From the NCBI GenBank assembly GCA_040954595.2, contig CM082581.2, positions 1,542,699-1,606,698 on the forward strand: DNA of 64,000 nucleotides, given 5' to 3'. Positions 39,937 to 52,720 of the stretch are shown piece by piece. Numbering within the stretch: the first letter of the stretch is position 1; each line of letters begins with the position of its first letter. A model generated the notes under the pieces. That model ran no database searches, was not told where the DNA came from, and saw only the letters and a list, made by a program, of their open reading frames with translations. Source of the DNA: Balanoglossus misakiensis. Its lineage: Eukaryota; Animalia; Hemichordata. Both the position numbers and the translations under genes were made by a program.

Positions 39937-40366
39937 GTAACACCACAGGGGGCTCTCCCTAGGCGATTTTATTGTTTGTTTGTTGTTGTTGATTGGCATA
40001 ATAAACAAATACATATTTCTTTATTAATAAATATGGTTTGTTGACATGTAAGGGTTAGGTTATTAGGGTATATTTGACAGGTTATGGTATATTCAACGGT
40101 TAGAATTAGTGTTGGCATTTTTTCGATCCATGGCCGGCATCACCCCCCCAACCCCCCCCCCCCCCCACCCCCTGTGGCTTAGTGATGCCCGGGGCCGTGG
40201 ATCGAAAAAAATGCCAACAGTAACCCTAACTGTTGAATATACCCTAACACTTACATGTCAACAAACCATATTTATTAATAAAGAAATATGTATTTATTTA
40301 TTATGCCAATCAACAACAACAAACAAACAATAAAATCGCGGAGGGAGGAGCCCCCTGTGGTAACAC
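39937..40366. mobile_element. Palindromic MITE (39944-40359) with 7-bp TSD gtaacac and CACAG termini (P-superfamily-like)
   Basis: gtaacac|cacagggggctc ... gagccccctgtg|gtaacac, with ~190-bp inverted arms around a poly-C centre. Confidence 0.85.
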
Positions 40367-40562
40367 ACTACAGTATAACTTTTAAGGCAAAGCGATAGCG
40401 AATAAACTGACCAGGGTTGGTTTTGTTGTTGGGGAGATTTTTGGCACCATTGAGACTGTTATAAGCTACCAGTGGGAGCTATGGTATAGCCGTTAACACG
40501 CAGCCTTGCCACGCAGAGCTTCTATGACTGGTTACTAACTTCTATGTCTATTTGATTCACAG

Positions 40563-40637
40563 ATGCTGCCTGAAACTGTCTGCGTTTCAACTCGGGATTC
40601 TCTTCCTTGTCCGGGGCGAGTTTAAGACCGCTCAATG
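40563..40637 (+). other. Putative 75-bp exon A1 of an unidentified transcript
   Basis: TACTAAC branch site, tttgattcacag| acceptor, atg|gtaagc donor. Conserved in the duplicate. Confidence 0.6.
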
Positions 40638-40875
40638 GTAAGCATGACTTGCTTTATATTTGCTTTTATCGGGTGTTGCAACCGAAACAATAGGAAGAAA
40701 TGTATGTCTACGAACTAATTTACATATTCCAGCTTTCAATACAATGTACCTGTTTTTTCCCCTTCGAATTCTGGCCTCGATTGCTTGTGATATGATCGTG
40801 ATGTCATGAATTAGATGGACAACTCACAAGTTCAAATCTTCACGTGGAGCATAAAATAAATGTGGATGCATTTCC

Positions 40876-41230
40876 TTAAAGGGACAAAGTCTCTCTCTCG
40901 CTGCCCTTTTTTCCATTAATTATATTTGATACAAGACACCGTTTGTTATTCTACATGTAGATATATAGTGAATGAACGTTCAGCCACACACAACTTCCGT
41001 CCCACTTGTAGACACGAGAGTAAAAATACTCGCCAAAATGAATAATCGTTATTTACCATTTATTCATTTTGGGCGAGTTTTTACTCTCATATCATACAAG
41101 CGGGATGGAAGTTTTGTGTGGTTGATCATTTATTCACTATATATCCAAATGTACATTGACATAAACAGTGTCTTGTATCAAACATAATTAATGGAAATAG
41201 GACAGCGACAGAGAGACTTTGTCCCTTTAA
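40876..41230. mobile_element. Foldback MITE family A, copy 3 (complete, TTAA TSD confirmed by empty site)
   Basis: ttaa|agggacaaagtctctct...agagagactttgtccct|ttaa. The paralogous site at 47331-47357 reads tggatgcatttcc-ttaa-ccatatagct with a single TTAA. Confidence 0.95.
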
Positions 41231-41564
41231 CCATATAGCTAAAATTACTCCCATATCAATACACAGGGAGATACTTTAACTTTGGCTGAACGTGTGCTAG
41301 TCCAACACTATGCTTAATCAAACTGGCTAAGAGATCTGTTATTATATTAGACGCATGAAGGAAAGTAATGTTGTTTAGAGTGAAATAAAACAACACTTTA
41401 GGCCAGAAAGAAAAATGTAAATCATGACACAAATAGGCTGGAAATTTTTTCTGACCCTATATTATACCATGTTTTGCATATTTTCACTAATTTGTATGGC
41501 CCACATAATTCTAAAGCAAGGTTGATTGGTTACTAATTAATATTTGCATATATTTGATTCACAG

Positions 41565-41637
41565 TCTTAAACACAGCATTTCAACGTATGCCGGAGGAGG
41601 AAGAGAATACCTAGGCCTGATCCAAGACCGCTTTCCG
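41565..41637 (+). other. Putative 73-bp exon B1
   Basis: tactaat branch-like site, tttgattcacag| acceptor, ccg|gtaagc donor. Identical to 48300-48372. Confidence 0.6.
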
Positions 41638-43110
41638 GTAAGCACACCTTGCTGTATACATGCTCCATAGCTTGTTTGTAAATGCTACCTTTTCCCATCA
41701 AATAGTGAAGTCACCCTTTTAAAATTATGGTGGTGGCAAGCCACAACTGGTTATCATGAAGAGTTGGACACCACTAATAATCATTTTAATATTTTCCAAT
41801 TGGTAACCTTTATGTACCACTATCCTCAACAATTTCAGTCAACAAGATTCATATTGCGCTGTATAGCAAGGCCAAACAAATATGACTGATTGATAGGGAT
41901 TTTTCTGAAAATGTGACAAAATCAACAAATAAACAATAATCAGTCACCAATCATGCATTATGTGTTATTCGAGGGAACCTGAGCGGGTCCCATAAACCTG
42001 CCAACCCATGCTAGCCATGACTTTACAAATGTTTCCGTCATACTATGCAGAAAATTCTGGCTGCCTTAAATAGGTTTTTCACTTTGCGCTAGGTGTCAAA
42101 TCTCATTGCATTCTGGGCGGAAAGTCCATAACCAACTGTAGTAAGAGATAGAAGAAATGATATGTTTACTGTATTTCATGACTTCCTTCGGTCAAACATT
42201 TCTGTCTCGGTAGTTAGCATATTAAACTTTTTTTCACTTTTGCTATTTTTTCTGTTAAAAAGTTCAAGAATGACCCATCATCATTTTAGCTTATGAACTC
42301 CCATTTCTTTAACATGGCAAAAATCGGCCATCTTGAAATTATCGACCGTATGAGATTTTCATCACTCATTTAGGGTAGCTTAAAACGTGTTTAAAGTAGG
42401 GAGAATTGTATAGGCAAGACTTGGGCTGTAAATTTGATGAAATAGCTACATGACTATTGTTCACAAGCAGCTGACTGTACTGTAAGACTGGAAGTGTTGT
42501 GTACATATTTTACATATTCAATATTTGTAATTAGACCATGTCATGTATATCTTGGGGATTGCTCGATCACAATGTCTCTGCTGGTACAATGTCCTTTTAA
42601 CATGTTCAGTAATATGGTAGTAATTGTAAGTTTGTGTGCGGCATTTGTAAATTATTTACAATTTATAAATTATTTTGTAAGTTTCTTCATTCTCAAATTG
42701 CTTGCCTAACGTACTGCATTAACATTTAAATTTTGGTATGATTTTGAGTAGACTTTTTGTTTCAAAATTATTTTTGACACTTTTGGGTGATATGATTTTA
42801 CATGGAAAATCTGATTTCCCTGTAATTCGGTTGACAGGATTTTCATCATATCTCTAAATCATGAAGTACATGTATCAGACTTGCATCAGGCCCCCAAAAT
42901 TCTAGTCGCCTTTGGCAAGTAATATTAGCCATTGATCTGGGAAAGTTACAAAAATGTGTTGTCCAAGGACGTTGAAGGTACATGTGGTTTTTACACTTGC
43001 TGCATGTTTATAATTTGCAATAGAAATAGACACTCAGTGCCAGCCCACTATCCCGTCTCTTTATTGCTGACTTGTATGTATGTACGTATGTACGCATTTT
43101 ATCAGAATTA

Positions 43111-46100
43111 TTAGGTCCCATTTGGTATATGTATTTATACCATGGTACCTTACGGGATCAGTTGCACCTGTATGTATGGATGTTTGTATGTCCATCAACA
43201 TCAAACATTTGGAAACTACTGGCATTTCACCTTGATATTTAATGTGCAGACACGGCAGTAGATGGGAGTTTGTCTAAGTGAAGTTGTCATTGCCAAAATA
43301 TGCAAATTAGCTGGGAAAGTGTCAAATTCGTCAAAACTTGGGAACTCAACAACTACTGGGCAAATTGCTTTCAAAATTGATAATTGGTATGCATGTACCT
43401 TATGGTATCCTCTCACAATTCTACATGTTGTGAGCTAATAATGTGAATTTTCTATTTTTAAGCATTTTTTTTGTCTCTTTCCACATTGTCGGTAAAAACC
43501 TACTTTTCTGGAATTGATCAGCTGACTTGTTTGAAATTTATTATGAAGCTTCATAGGTGATCTGAGTTACCAACCATAGTTTTGTTTAAATTGTTGCCAA
43601 AAATTGCGTATTTATAATTTTGGAGCAATTTTTAGGTCCCATTTGGTTTATGTACATATATACGATTGGGACCTTATGGAATCAGTTGCATTTGTATGTA
43701 TGAGTGAATGGATGAAAACCGCTGGGCATATCACTTCCATATTTAGTGTGTAGATGCAGGCGGGGCTGTAGATGGGATTTTGTTCAAATGAAATTGTCAT
43801 TGCCAAAATATTACCTGTGTAAATGTGAAATTGGTCAAAAGTCAGAAACTTGACAACCACTGGTCAGATTGGTATGTCAATGAACCCCATACAGTCCTGT
43901 ATGTTGTGAGCTAATATTATGAATTTTCTAATGTTTATTAATTTTTTTTGTCTTTTTCCACATTATTGGTAAAAAAAATCTTCACTTCTGAAAGCGATAG
44001 TCCGACTCCTTCGAAATTTAGTATGAAGCTTCCTATGGGTGGTCCGAGTTACCATATTTTTTGTTCAGATTGTTGTAAAATAGGCATATTTATAATTTTG
44101 AGCAATTTTGCCAATAAAGGTCAGAATGCTTTGCAATTTGGTAGGCAGATTCCCAGGGGTAACCCAAGGAAGATGTCATAAAAATGGTTAAAACTGCGTG
44201 CTTGTGTTATTGGGGATATTTTTTGCAATCTTTGTCAAAAACTGTTTTCTGTTAAACCGTTCAAACCCTTGTCAGATTGCTTTGAATTTTGGCAGGAATG
44301 TTCCTTGTAGTGATTGAAGTAAGATGGTGTACAATTATAGAGATGTTTGCATATTTGTGTTTTTGCCACTTTTGAACAAATGTGTTTTTCTTTGAAACTG
44401 CTTTTTTGATGGCTTTGAAATATGGTAGGAATATTCCTAGGGGTAACCCAATTTTTAGCTCACCTGAAAATCACGTGAGCTTATAGTTTAGCGATGTCTG
44501 TGTATGTGTGTGTCTGTCTGTATACCCGATATCTCAAGAACCGCTGAACCGATTTCAACCAAATTTAGTACACAGGTTCAGATATCATATGGCAAGAACT
44601 GAAAAGGTTTTGGTGGGTGTGGCTTTGATATTAATGAAGTTATTAAAGTTTTAATTTTTCTATTACATGGTTGTCTATGAGAGCTTTCGTTAATGCTGCA
44701 TATATGACCAGTGGAAACGATAGTTTGAGGAGATCGACTGTTTGAGGGCGCTGTGAAATGAGACATTCCTGGCGATATTGCCGTGGTTCTGTCCATGCTC
44801 AGACGCTGTACCCGTCGTTACGAATAACTTCCCTACGTGAATCCACAAGGAAGCTAACGTTGTTTAGTTGCTTCATAGAGCGTAAATTGTTAATCTACAG
44901 GACCGTCAGACGAATACTCTTTTCAAATGAAGTTTGAAACTACTTACGAGTAAGTTAGTGGAGACAATATGGCGGATAGTTGGCGTGCAGCCGAATCCGC
45001 GTTATGACTATGACGTGACCCATTCATCAAGACAAACCGTAAATGATTCACGCATATTGTGGTCCTCACGCAGTCAATCTCAAAATGTCACCAGGCTTTC
45101 TATTTGTCTATTGTTCAGAGAAAAATAACATGGCGGTTGATCACACTCAACAGTAAAATCCGTTTTGTGTGTTTATAGACAGTCTGTTATCGCCAATACT
45201 ATATAGCGATTGCTAGATGGCCTACCCAATATGTGATCGAGCGAGAATGATAACATTGAATGTCTGTTCAGATCTCATTCCGTACGTCATACGTCAACAT
45301 TTCGATTTCGATTTAATCCATTCATAAAGAATTTAGAGAAAGTCGTCTTGAATTGTGACCCCGACTATCAATTAGTTTACGATGATTTTTTGGCGACGGA
45401 ATACACGAGACGCCATTGCATAACTACGTCAGCTGGACTTCCAAGGTTACCATTTTGTGTGTATGGAATCTTATCACAGAGCCTACGTACTTTGACAATA
45501 TGCCATGCTATATCAATGACGCCCCAGAAAATTTGTCAAAAAATGAATTTGTCTTCTCATGGTGGTGCAATATATTTTAATGTCTATTTTGAGGTTGATT
45601 TTGGTTTTTGGCTAACATGTATATAAATGTCAGCTTATAGCATAAGTTGGTGTCCGTCGGCTATGTATGTCTGTATGTGTGCCTCATACAGAATTATGTA
45701 TTTTGTGAATGGATCAGTTTCGTCTTAATGTATTGATGTATGTATGTGTATGTCCATCAACATCAAAAACTTGAAACTACTGATATTTAGTGTGTACATA
45801 GAAATTGTTATTGCGAAAAAATGCATACTGGTATTAACTGGAAAAATGTTCAAATAGTCAAAATTGAAAAACTTAATAACAGCGGATCAGATTAAGTTAA
45901 AAATTGGCGTGCATTGGTGTGCAAGTACTTTGGGAAGACCTCGTATGATTTTGTTCAGGTGGAGTCAGTATCTGGCGTTTCCTATTTTTTATGAATTTTT
46001 TGGGGAATTTTCTGCAGTTTTGTTAAAAAAAAATTTTCTCTGAAATTACATGTCCAATTGATTGGAAACTTGGTATGGAGGTTCATAGGGCTTACCTGAA

Positions 46101-46600
46101 TCACATTTGTGCAAACGGTGGTGAAATTTGCAAAAATGCATTTTTGGGCAATATTTCCTGTTTTTGCCAAAAAATCCAATCCTGTGAAATGTAGGTGCAA
46201 TTGTTTTGATACTTTGTATTTGGGTTTCTAGGGGTGATCTCAGTCAGATATGATCAAATTGTAATGAAATTTGCATAATTGTATTTTTTGGGAATTTCTG
46301 CAGGGTTTGGCCAAATAGTCTTCGGTAATACCACAAGTCCAATTGGTTGGAAACTTTGAATGGGAATTCATATATGTGATATCAGTCAGATTTGTCTGAA
46401 TTTCCTGTTGTTTGCCAAAATGTCTTCCTTATTGAAACTTGTTAAAGAGGTTCTTAGGCATGAACAGAAATCAGATTTGTTGAAATCTGGTGAAATATTC
46501 ATACTTTTTGGTATATTTCTTGCCATTTTTGATCAAAGAGTTTTAGAATTCCATAGACTTATTATTTTTATGCAGTTCAGGATGGGGTACATGACTCATA
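43111..46600 (+). mobile_element. Cluster of HINE/Helentron-type non-autonomous elements
   Basis: 5' hairpin ends ttaggtcccat...atgg(g/t)acct (43111, 43631) and tttttagctcac...gtgagct (44452), each followed by an (atgt)/(gtct) microsatellite and diverged core repeats (aaatttggtatg-like motifs). Confidence 0.7.
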
Positions 46601-47047
46601 ACCCCTTACAAAAATTGACAAGGCAACAATTCCACAAACATGTTTACATTTCACAATGGTGCAACACACAACCCTTACACCATATACACTATAAACCAAA
46701 ATGGTTTAAAACTGGTTTTTCTAATCTTGTTATTCTGTCAACCAATCACAGTACTGCACGTGAGCATATTCAGTTAATATCTGGTTCCTGATTGCTTTGG
46801 AAGTTAGTTAACAATTTCATAACACATGTACATGTATGTGCAACTTTGATTAAATTCTGGTTGTCAATATTTAGGTAGTTTGTTGTAAATTTCTTTGTTT
46901 TTGGATAGCAAATCTTTTTAACCAATTGCTCAGTTTCTTTGAAAGTTACTGTTAACAAGGAGAGTTAGTACACCCAACTTAGACTTTTACACCCAACTTA
47001 GAGCTACTATGACTGGTTACTAACTTCTATATCTATTTGATTCACAG

Positions 47048-47122
47048 ATGCTGCCTGAAATTGTCTGCATTTCAACTCGGGATTCTCTTCCTCGTCTGGG
47101 GCGAGTTTAAGACCGCTCAATG
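47048..47122 (+). other. Putative 75-bp exon A2
   Basis: Same branch site, acceptor and donor as A1, with 4 substitutions relative to A1. Confidence 0.58.
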
Positions 47123-48299
47123 GTAAGCATGACTTGCTGTATATTTGCTTTTATCGGGCGTGGCACAACCGAAACAATAGGAAACAATGTATGTCTACGA
47201 ACTAATTTACACCTTCCAGTTATCAATACTTTTTTCCTTCGAATTCTAGCCTCGATTGCCTGTGATATGATCGTGATGACATGAATTAAATGGTCAAGTT
47301 CAAATCTTCATGTGAAGCATAAATTAAATTTGGATGCATTTCCTTAACCATATAGCTAGAAATTACTCCCATACCAATACACGGGGAGATACCGTAATTT
47401 TGGCTGAAAGTGTGCTAGTCCAACACTATGCTTCATCAAACTGGCTAAGAGATCTATTATTATATATAGACACATGAAGGAAAGTAATGTTGTTTATAGT
47501 GAAATAAAACAATACCTTAGGCCACAAAGAAAAATATAGATCACGACACAAACAGGCTGGAGTTTTTTTCAAAAATGTGTGCATAAGATCATATTGGCCC
47601 ATGGTAATCAAAGCCAAAGCAGCCCAGTTCCAAATTCGAAACTCAGCTCAGTACCAGAAACTTGCTCAAAGCTACCAAATGCACAGAAAGTTTTGAGAAT
47701 CTAGATGAAAAATCACCAAGCGACTAGTGCGCTTGTCTATGTTCAATGTGTCTTCCCTGGTAACAACATGTACTTCTGCCACCATGCCATGAGATATACT
47801 GACAGCCACGTTTGAAACATTTTAGTATACTGATATTCAAAGTTTAAATGTAAAGGATTACTTTTCTATAGTAAAATAAATGTTTTATAATTGCCAACAA
47901 TTTACATTCTTGCGCTAATCAGTTGTATGAAAAGTGAGGTGGATCAAATGTAAGTTTCATTTTCACAACAAACATTAAGAAATCATTGTACAGTGTTACG
48001 TAGATGTCAAAGTGTGTGTACACCTGTCGTTTACAGATATGATGTCAGTTTCACTTGTCACCTAACTGCCATGTTTGTGGTATACCCATGTGGACCACTT
48101 TACTGCAGTACTGATGTAAATGGAGTTTCAAGATCGCTGTTACAGATTTCTCTGATTCGTATTCCACGTACATTATCGCAGCACAGTCTGACCCTATATT
48201 ATACCATGTTTTGCATATTTTCACTAATTAGTATGGCCCAAATAATTCTAAAGCAAGGTTGATTGGTTACTAATTGATAAGCATATATTTGATTCACAG

Positions 48300-48372
48300 T
48301 CTTAAACACAGCATTTCAACGTATGCCGGAGGAGGAAGAGAATACCTAGGCCTGATCCAAGACCGCTTTCCG
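48300..48372 (+). other. Putative 73-bp exon B2
   Basis: gattcacag|tcttaaac...ctttccg|gtaagc. Identical to B1 while the flanks differ. Confidence 0.58.
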
Positions 48373-51300
48373 GTAAGCACAACTTGCTGTATACATGCTC
48401 CATAGCTTGTTTGTAAAGGCTACCTTTTCCCATCAAATAGTGAAGTCGCCCTTTCAAAATTATGGTGGTGGTAAGCCACAACTGGTTATCATGGAGAGCC
48501 CCATATAAACTTACCAGCCCACGCTAGCCATGACTTTACAAATGTTTCCGTCATACTATGCAGAAAATTCTGGCTGCCTTAAATAGGTTTTCACTTTGCG
48601 CTAGGGGGTCAAATCACATTGCATTCTGGGCGAAAAGTCTACAACCCACTGTAGTAAGAGGTGGAAGAAATGATACATTTTGTGTATTTCATGCTTTGGT
48701 CAAACATGTCTGTCTCCGTAGTTAGCATATTAAACTCATTAAATGTTTTTCACATTTTGTTATTTTGTCTGTTATGACCCATTATCACTTTAGCTTTAGC
48801 TTAGGCTCCATTCACAAACACCTCTGGATGGGGGGGGGGGGAAATTCAATTTTTTTACTGCTAATTTTCACATGCCCCCCCCCCCCCTGTACACAACCCG
48901 AAATATTTTCAAATCCCCCACCCCCTTCTGAACTGCCAAAATTTTAAAATCCCCCCCCATTTTCTTTCACAGAGCAAAACACATCACTTATCTATCTTGT
49001 AAAAAAGAAAAACAGCGCTCCCATGAAAAGACTTTGAAACTGATGTTTCCCCTCATCAGTGGGTATTAAAACTGAACATGGTTTTTATTTTTTAAGTATT
49101 TGTATTCTGTGTTGGGAGACATTGTAAACCGGGAATTGAAGGGGGTGGGTGTGGGAAGGGGTGTCCCCCTCCCACGTAAGAAAATTTTATAAAATACAGA
49201 GCTCAAAGCTGCATTTTTATGAACCCGGCAAAAGCAAATTAACTCAACTACCAGTATGTTGGGGAGGATAAATTTAACCGTCGCCGCTCAAAGTTATCAT
49301 GGGGTGGGGGCAAGTCCCCTGACATGGGACACTAGATAAACCAGTTAATGATTGAAAGGTGTTGATGAAATAGCTACATGCCTATTGTTAACAAGCAGCT
49401 GACTGTACTGAAAGAATGGAAGTGTTGTGTACCTATTTTACATATTCAATATTTGTAATTAGACTATGTCATGTATATCTTGGGGATTGCTCGATCGCAA
49501 TGTCTCTGCTGGTACAATGTCCTTTTAACTTGTACAGTAATATGGTAGTGATTGTAAGTTTGTGTACGGCATTTGTAAGTTATTTTCAATTTATAATTTT
49601 TTTGTAAGTTTCTTCATTCTCAAATTGCTTGCCTAACGTACTGCTTTAAAATTTAAATTTTGGTATGATTTTGAGTAGACTTTTTGTTTCAAAATTATTT
49701 TCGACACTTGACATTTTTGGGTGATATGATTTTACATGGAAAATCTGATTTCCCTGTAATTCGGTTGACAGGATTTTCACAATATCTCTAAATCATGAAG
49801 TACATGTATCAGAATTGCATCAGGCCCCCAAAATTCTAGTCGCCCTTGGCAAGTAATATTAGCCATTGTTGTCCAAGGACGTTGAAGGTACAATTGGTTT
49901 TTAAACTTACTATGTAGGCATTTTATCAGAATTATTAGGTCCCATTTGGTGCAGGTATATGTATTTATACCATGGGACCTTATAGGATCAGTTGCACCTG
50001 TATATATGGATGTCTGTATGGATGTTTGTCTGTATGTCTATCAATATCAAACACTTGGAAACCACTGGCATGTGACCTTGATATTTAGTGTGGAGATGCA
50101 GGCAGGGCATTAAGTGGGAGTTGTCAAAATGAACTTGTCATTGCCAAAATATGCAAATTAGCTGGGAAAGTGTCAAATTCGTCCAAACTCGGGAACTCGA
50201 CAACTACTGAGCAAATTGCTTTCAAAATTGAAAATTGGTATTCCTGTAAGTTATGTTAACCTCACACAGTTCTATATGTTGTGAGCTAATGTGAATTTTC
50301 GATTTTTTATGTATTTTTTGTCTCTTTCCACATTATCGGTAGAAAATCTGCTTTTCTGGAATTGATCAGCTGACTTATTTGAAATTTAGTATGAAGCTTC
50401 ATAGGTGATCTGAGTTATCATAGTTTTGTAAGGTCCCATTTGCTTTACCATGGGACCTTATGATATCGGTGGATGTATGTATGTATGTCTGTATGTCCGT
50501 CCACATCACAAACTTGAAAACCGCTGGGCATATGACCTCGATATTTGGTGTGTAGATGCAGGCCAGGCTGAAGATTGGAGTTTGTTCAAATGAAGCTGTC
50601 ATTGCCAAAAATATGCAAATTAGCTAGGAAAATGTGAAATTGGTCAAAACTCAAACTCAACAACCACTGGTCACATTCATTTGAAAATCAGTATGCATGT
50701 ACCTTATGTCTACCTCAAACAGTCCTGTATGTTTTGAGCTAATATTATCGATTTTTAATTTTTTATGCCAAAAATCTTTTATGCATTTTTTGTATTATTC
50801 CACATTATTGGTAAAGAAATCATCATTTCTTAAAGTTATAGGCCTCATTCTTTGAATTTTAGTATGAAGCTTCTAATGGTTGTCTGAGTAACCAAAGTTT
50901 TGTTCAAATTGTTGAAAAATTTGCATATTTTAATTTTGAGCAATTTTTGCCACTTTTGGTCATTTTTTTTTCTTTAAAACTGCATGCCAGATTGATTTGG
51001 TAGGCATATTCCTAAGGGTAAACTGAGTAAGATGTTGTAAAAATGTTTTAGTATATATTGTGTTATTGGGGAAGGGGGGGGGTTACTCAAACATTTATAA
51101 CACCCAGCAACTTTTGGTACTGGCAGGGTTTGTCCTCCAATGATTTCAACATCCTGCTAGGAATACAACCTCTCCTCAACTTTATAAATATAGGGCATGA
51201 CATTGCAGGTTTTTTGAGAACACTGTTTAAAATAACCCTCATCAAGGCTGTTAACTTATTTAGACAGACTATTATCCAGAATGAAATGAAACATGGATGC

Positions 51301-52518
51301 AATAAAAAGATCTTGTGCAATAAAAACCAAGTTGATCATAACAATTATTTGCTAAGTACAACATGTACATCACTAATAGAAGTTATGGCTATAAGCATAA
51401 ACCTGTTTGTTTTGCTATCTTCACTATTCATATTATCTGACTATATTAATACATTTGCAAGCATACTGTTTCAGACATAGCGAATTTGATAAACATCTAC
51501 AAATATATTTTTACCTGTTGAAGTTATCAAAATCCAGACACTTAACAAAAGGACATTTTTCATCCCCTCTATAGATTGATAGTCTAACATAGCAGGCAAT
51601 CTGTTTTTAACAACTGCAGAAGCCTTCATAAAAAGTTGTTGGCCAGAATGAAAGCTTAGGGGGACGTAGGATTTCCTACTTTTTAGGTTATTTTTTCTAT
51701 GGCCCCAAAAAGCTATGACAAAAAATTGATGACCCCCTTGGAATTTATAATTCCCCCCCCCCCCTATCATACCCTGTCCATATTCTTATAAATGTCGATA
51801 AATGCCATACAGTCCTGTATGTTTTGTTTTGAGCTAATATTATGAATTTTCTATTTTTATTGTTTTGTCTTTTACTGCATTATTGGTAAAGAAAAATCTT
51901 CCTTTCTGAAAGCCATAGTTTTTGTTCAAATTGCAAATTGTTGTGAAATTGGTATATTTATAATTTTGAGCAATTTTGTAATTTTTGCTCAGAATGCAGA
52001 TTCCTAGGGGGGTAACCCAAGTAAGGTGTTGTAAAAGAATTGTTTAAAAAATAAAAATATATTTGTAGATGGTTATCAAATTCGCTGTGTCTGAAAGCGC
52101 TTGTCAGATTGCTTTGAACTTTGACAGGAATGTTCCTTGTAGTGATTTAAGTAAGATGGTGTACAATTATAGTGATTTTTGCATATTTGTGTTTTTGCCA
52201 CTTTTGAACAAATGTAGTTTTGTTTAACCCCCATCTTACCCTATCCATATTCAAATAAATATGAAAAGAAATTTCTCACAGATATTATTTACTTTGATAA
52301 TACTATCATTTGTGCAACAACTAATCAATCAAACAGTCAATAATCATAAATTGGGAGTTCAAAAATATCTATAAGGGAGATTTAAAACCCCGTTAGCAAC
52401 AACTGTTTGCCATGTTTTCAGTATTAATGTTTTGTGTAGCTTCTGCAGTTTTTAGGTCCCATATGGTATGTACCATGGGCCTTATGGAATCAGTTGCGTC
52501 TGTATTTATGTATGGATG

Positions 52519-52720
52519 TACTGTATTTTCGCGAGTTAAATTTTTCGCGATATCGAGAGAGGCCACTGTTTCGCGAGTATTAATTTTCGCGTTCTCTTAT
52601 TTCATTCACTGCATCGTTATCTTCAAAAACAATTTACGCGACTTTTTATTTTCACGTTATTTTGGCTCTCGCGTATTTGGCGAAAATTAATTGCTCGCGA
52701 AAATAAAGTGTTTTACAGTA
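52519..52720. mobile_element. 198-bp MITE with TA TSD and CTGTA...TACAG termini (Tc1/mariner-type target)
   Basis: ta|ctgtattttcgcgag ... ctcgcgaaaataaagtgttttacag|ta with repeated ttttcgcg subterminal motifs. Inserted in the (tgta)n tract of a HINE. Confidence 0.78.

Larger units (their letters stand above)
40516..44390 (+). repeat. Local segmental duplication, copy 1
   Basis: Collinear with 47001-52220 (40520 vs 47005; 41451 vs 48188; 42435 vs 49362; 44270 vs 52100), with copy-specific indels. The right boundary is approximate. Confidence 0.9.
47001..52220 (+). repeat. Local segmental duplication, copy 2
   Basis: Homologous to 40516-44390. Lacks MITE A3 and carries extra segments at ~47570-48187, ~48800-49361 and ~51050-51800. 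Confidence 0.88.

Noticed and set aside
38765-40250. Telomere-like ggttagggtt / taaccctaac motifs
   Set aside because: Isolated one- or two-unit matches, partly inside MITE arms; not an array.
47270-47410. C/D-box snoRNA (gtgatga ... ctga) in the putative intron
   Set aside because: The C box is not conserved in the paralogue (gtgatgt), the paralogous region is split by a MITE, and no terminal stem is evident.
51058-51770. 140-aa and 99-aa ORFs
   Set aside because: No recognisable motifs; they lie in a copy-specific segment bounded by poly-G/poly-C tracts typical of non-coding insertions.
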